The notes below the pieces were generated by a model. That model worked only from the letters and a program-made list of their open reading frames with translations. It was not told the DNA's origin and searched no databases. From Candidatus Egerieisoma sp. (lineage in GTDB: Bacteria > Bacteroidota > Bacteroidia > Bacteroidales > UBA932): 39,185 bases of DNA. The DNA is taken from the NCBI GenBank assembly GCA_045599845.1, contig JAZRWT010000111.1, positions 1 to 39,185 on the forward strand. Direction: 5' to 3'. A program made the position numbers and the translations under genes. Below, in pieces: positions 35,830-39,185 of this stretch; position 1 is the first letter of the stretch; each line of letters begins with the position of its first letter.

Positions 35830-37788
35830 ATGCAACTGAATTTGAATATGGATAAACTAAAGAAAGTGATATCTGAAAGGCTTGACAGGTATATATCGGA
35901 ATATCTGAGCACGAAAATAATATTCTGTCTTGATCTGGCCATGTCAATGGCGGCTACTTTCTTTTCCGCAACCCTTTCTCAATTGTGGATTCATCCGGCT
36001 GATTTCAATGAACATCTGGTATTCATCTGGTTAATCAGTTCAGGCTTGGCTTCCATTGTTTTCTTTTATGTTTTCGGAAGCTACAAGGTTATAATAAGGC
36101 ATATAAACTTCAAGGATATATACAAGTTCGCCGCTGTTGCTTTTGTAAAAATGCTTGCCATTGTTTCAGTACTTTACCTGTGCTTCAGCAATATAGGTCA
36201 GTCACTGAAGTTCTTCATGGTCCTTGATTTCTTCCTTACCAGCTTCTCTTTCATAGCTGTAAGGCTTCTGATGATAGTTGTTTACGATGTTTTCAAACAA
36301 AAGCTTCACGAAAACAAGAATGTGAGCAAGATTCTTGTCTACAACGTTTCTGACAAGAGCATAGCCCTCATTACAAGGCTTCAGAACAGCGAACTTTACA
36401 AGATAGTTGGCTTTGTAAGCAGGTCAAAGAGAGAGAGCAGCCTGTATGTTCATGGGAATATGCCTGTTTATTATGTAGCCGATGACAAGGATTATGTAAA
36501 ACTGGTTTCACATCTGGGAATAGGCGGCATACTGTTTTCCAACAAGGACGATGCAATGGCCGAGCAATATGGTCTGATTGCCTGTTCCCTACAGCAGCAT
36601 CTTAAAACCCTCGTAGTTCAATCGATTGATGAAATTGACAACATAAATGAAATAGATGCCAAGCAGATAAGGGAGATAAGGGTTGAGGATCTTCTTCTTA
36701 GAAATGAAATCAAGCTGAATCTTGAAGAGATAAGGAAGGAGTTCAGCGGCAAGACAATAATGGTTACAGGTGCGGCCGGCAGCATTGGAAGCGAACTTGT
36801 AAGGCAGCTGGCAGGACTGAACGTAAAGAAGCTCATACTGTTTGACAATGCTGAAACACCAATGCACAGAATAAGGCTGGAATTGGAAGAAAAGTATCCG
36901 GAGCTTGATTTCGTACCTGTGATAGGTGATGTGAGACATTGTGAAAGGCTGGATTTTGCATTCAGGACATATCGTCCTCAGATAGTTTTCCACGCAGCTG
37001 CATACAAACACGTTCCTCTTATGGAGGAAAATCCTTGCGAGGCTGTTATGGTGAATGTGGTGGGAACAAGGAACGTGGCCGACAAAGCTGTAGAATACGG
37101 GGTTGAGAAAATGGTCATGGTTTCAACTGACAAGGCTGTGAATCCAACCAATGTCATGGGCTGCTCGAAAAGGCTGGCTGAGATATATGTTCAGAGCTAC
37201 GGTCTGTCAGGCCGCAGCGGCGGAACAAAGTTTGTTACCACAAGGTTCGGCAATGTGCTTGGATCGAACGGTTCGGTGATTCCACTTTTCCGCCAGCAGC
37301 TTGAAAAAGGAGGTCCTATTACAGTGACCCATCCTGAAATCACACGTTTCTTCATGACCATACCTGAAGCCTGCCGTCTTGTAATGGAAGCGGCCGCAAT
37401 GACCAGCGGCAATCAGATATTCGTCTTTGACATGGGAAAGAGCGTAAAGATTGACACGCTTGCAAGAAGGATGATAGAACTGGCAGGACTTGTGCCCGAC
37501 AAGGATATCAAAATCAAATATACAGGTCTCAGACCGGGTGAGAAGCTTTACGAAGAGAAGCTTTCGAACAAGGAGAACACGCTTCCAACACCTAATGAAA
37601 GGATACTTATTGCCAAAGTCCGCGATTATGAATATGATGTTGCTTGCAAGTTTGTAGATGAACTGAACCTGTTGAGCAGGAACGTGGATATTGACGCACT
37701 TGTTAAACTTATGAAAGAAATAGTTCCTGAATACATAAGCAGGAACAGCAGATTCGAGAAATTTGACAAAACAGAAATACAGTCATGA
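35830..37788 (+). CDS. membrane-anchored nucleotide-sugar 4,6-dehydratase/epimerase (CapD / PglF / WbpM family)
   Basis: 652 aa with four N-terminal TM segments, an SDR Rossmann motif (TGAAGSIGSEL), AAYKHVPLME, STDKAVNPTNVMGCSKRLAE and RFGNVLGS. Confidence 0.9.
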   Translation: MQLNLNMDKLKKVISERLDRYISEYLSTKIIFCLDLAMSMAATFFSATLSQLWIHPADFNEHLVFIWLISSGLASIVFFYVFGSYKVIIRHINFKDIYKFAAVAFVKMLAIVSVLYLCFSNIGQSLKFFMVLDFFLTSFSFIAVRLLMIVVYDVFKQKLHENKNVSKILVYNVSDKSIALITRLQNSELYKIVGFVSRSKRESSLYVHGNMPVYYVADDKDYVKLVSHLGIGGILFSNKDDAMAEQYGLIACSLQQHLKTLVVQSIDEIDNINEIDAKQIREIRVEDLLLRNEIKLNLEEIRKEFSGKTIMVTGAAGSIGSELVRQLAGLNVKKLILFDNAETPMHRIRLELEEKYPELDFVPVIGDVRHCERLDFAFRTYRPQIVFHAAAYKHVPLMEENPCEAVMVNVVGTRNVADKAVEYGVEKMVMVSTDKAVNPTNVMGCSKRLAEIYVQSYGLSGRSGGTKFVTTRFGNVLGSNGSVIPLFRQQLEKGGPITVTHPEITRFFMTIPEACRLVMEAAAMTSGNQIFVFDMGKSVKIDTLARRMIELAGLVPDKDIKIKYTGLRPGEKLYEEKLSNKENTLPTPNERILIAKVRDYEYDVACKFVDELNLLSRNVDIDALVKLMKEIVPEYISRNSRFEKFDKTEIQS

Positions 37789-39083
37789 TAAATGTAAATT
37801 TAAAGAATGCACAGCAGTTCATATGTCCTCAGGCATATTCTGCATGCGTGAAAGAAGCTCTGGCTTGTCTGGAGACTTTGAAGAGCGGTACCGGAGCAGG
37901 TTCCGATTTCACAGGATGGGAGAATCTCCCAAATGAAACAGGCGCACAGGAACTTGCATCATATAAAGAGGTTGCCTATGATTTCAAATCATTGGATTAT
38001 GTAGTGGTGATTGGAATAGGCGGGTCCTATCTTGGTGCAAAGGCTGCATACGATATGCTTTCAGACAATTTTTCTTCTTACAGGAAATGCAGCCGGCCGC
38101 AATTGCTCTTTGCCGGCAACAATCTTTCAGAAGAATACATGTGTGACATGCTCAGTCTGTTGGAGAACAAAAGATTCGGAATAGTTGTAATTTCAAAGAG
38201 CGGCACTACAACCGAGCCGGCGGTTGCTTTCAGGATACTTAAAAAGGCTCTTGAGGACTCAGTGGGCACACAGCAGGCAAAGGACCTCATAGTGGCGGTA
38301 ACAGACAAGGCAAGAGGTGCCTTGAAGACCATAGCGGACAGGAACGGATACAGGACTTTTGTAATACCTGACAATGTAGGAGGCAGGTACTCGGTACTCA
38401 CACCAGTAGGTCTTCTTCCACTGGCGATAGCAGGTTTTGACATTGAGGCCATGGTGGCCGGAGCCCGCAAGGCGGCGCAGTACTGCCTCAAGGAGGATGA
38501 AAGCAACCCTGCAGTACAATATGCAGCAGCAAGGAATACACTCTACAGGGATGGAAGGCAGGTTGAACTGCTAACAAGTTACAGACCCAACGTGAGAAAT
38601 CTCACCGAGTGGTGGAAACAGTTGTACGGAGAAAGCGAAGGAAAGGAGGGCAAGGGTATTTTCCCTGCATCTGTTGTGTTCACAATGGATCTGCATTCCA
38701 TGGGCCAGTACATACAGGAAGGTTTGAGGATATTGTTCGAAACCAATCTTGTAATAACAGACAGCAGGAACAGAATAATCATGGAAGAGTGGGAGGACAA
38801 TTCAGACGGATTGAACTATCTGGCTGGCAAGAGCATGGAGCAGGTGAACCAAACGGCGCAGAAGGGTGTGAAAGAAGCTCATGTTTCAGGTGGTGTGCCT
38901 AACATTGACATTGAAACAGGCTCATTGAACGAAGAATCACTAGGCGAACTTTTCTATTTCTTTGAAGCGGCCTGCGGCATAAGCGCCTACATGCTTGGAG
39001 TGAACCCATTCAACCAGCCTGGTGTTGAGGCTTATAAAACTAATATGTTCAAACTTTTGGGTAAACCGGGATATAACAGATAA
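37785..39083 (+). CDS. pgi: glucose-6-phosphate isomerase
   Basis: 432 aa with GIGGSYLGA, ISKSGTTTEP, GGRYSVLT, GESEGK and NQPGVE, which are PGI signatures. Its ATG overlaps the capD-like stop (ATGA). Confidence 0.93.
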   Translation: MINVNLKNAQQFICPQAYSACVKEALACLETLKSGTGAGSDFTGWENLPNETGAQELASYKEVAYDFKSLDYVVVIGIGGSYLGAKAAYDMLSDNFSSYRKCSRPQLLFAGNNLSEEYMCDMLSLLENKRFGIVVISKSGTTTEPAVAFRILKKALEDSVGTQQAKDLIVAVTDKARGALKTIADRNGYRTFVIPDNVGGRYSVLTPVGLLPLAIAGFDIEAMVAGARKAAQYCLKEDESNPAVQYAAARNTLYRDGRQVELLTSYRPNVRNLTEWWKQLYGESEGKEGKGIFPASVVFTMDLHSMGQYIQEGLRILFETNLVITDSRNRIIMEEWEDNSDGLNYLAGKSMEQVNQTAQKGVKEAHVSGGVPNIDIETGSLNEESLGELFYFFEAACGISAYMLGVNPFNQPGVEAYKTNMFKLLGKPGYNR

Positions 39084-39185
39084 TGAATATAATACTTCTT
39101 TCAGGTGGCAGCGGGAAAAGACTCTGGCCTCTTTCCAACGAAACCCGCTCAAAACAGTTCCTTCCATTGCTTCCATCACCGGCAG
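39083..39185 (+). CDS. sugar-phosphate nucleotidyltransferase, N-terminal 34 codons (mannose-1-phosphate guanylyltransferase-like); runs off the right edge
   Basis: Absent from the ORF track because there is no stop in the window. It reads MNIILLSGGSGKRLWPLSNETRSKQFLPLLPSPA; the GG.G.RLWPLS motif is the ManC/CpsB-type signature. Its ATG overlaps the pgi stop (TAATG). Confidence 0.7.
   Translation, partial: MNIILLSGGSGKRLWPLSNETRSKQFLPLLPSPA

Overview
This window looks like a chromosomal segment from a Bacteroidota genome, probably order Bacteroidales. Evidence: a SusC/SusD pair, Bacteroides-type TAnnTTTG -7 promoter boxes, type-B fumarate reductase FrdAB, and a conserved coaX-OMP-TPR-lptC-ppiD envelope cluster. 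All family names come from motifs I recognised by eye in the supplied translations; no database search was run.

Gene content, left to right:
- a partial lipoprotein gene
- a roughly 1.5 kb gene-decay patch (a truncated wHTH regulator remnant and a nonsense-riddled FISUMP/DUF1566-type gene)
- tonB
- an alpha/beta hydrolase
- a 51-52 bp tandem repeat array
- a + strand operon of a secreted S58 (DmpA-type) peptidase plus two paralogous BPL_N/GATase1-like + PPC-domain proteins, convergent with susD-susC
- frdA-frdB directly upstream of susC on the same strand, with no adjacent cytochrome b gene
- DUF4251-GH20 hexosaminidase
- ruvB, a secreted Ntn-hydrolase, mfd, coaX, an outer-membrane beta-barrel protein, a TPR protein, lptC and a PpiD-like chaperone
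- an exopolysaccharide module: wza-wzc-cpsB-type phosphatase divergent from capD-pgi-manC

I found no CRISPR array, tRNA or rRNA, transposase, integrase, or recognisable defence or toxin system.

The best candidates for something undescribed are:
1. the glycosidase-free SusCD locus built from peptidase/amidase-like enzymes
2. the hairpin tandem-repeat array that probably forms its long leader
3. frdAB uncoupled from frdC and fused positionally to susCD

All three are hypotheses and need the searches named below. The rest of the window is ordinary housekeeping.
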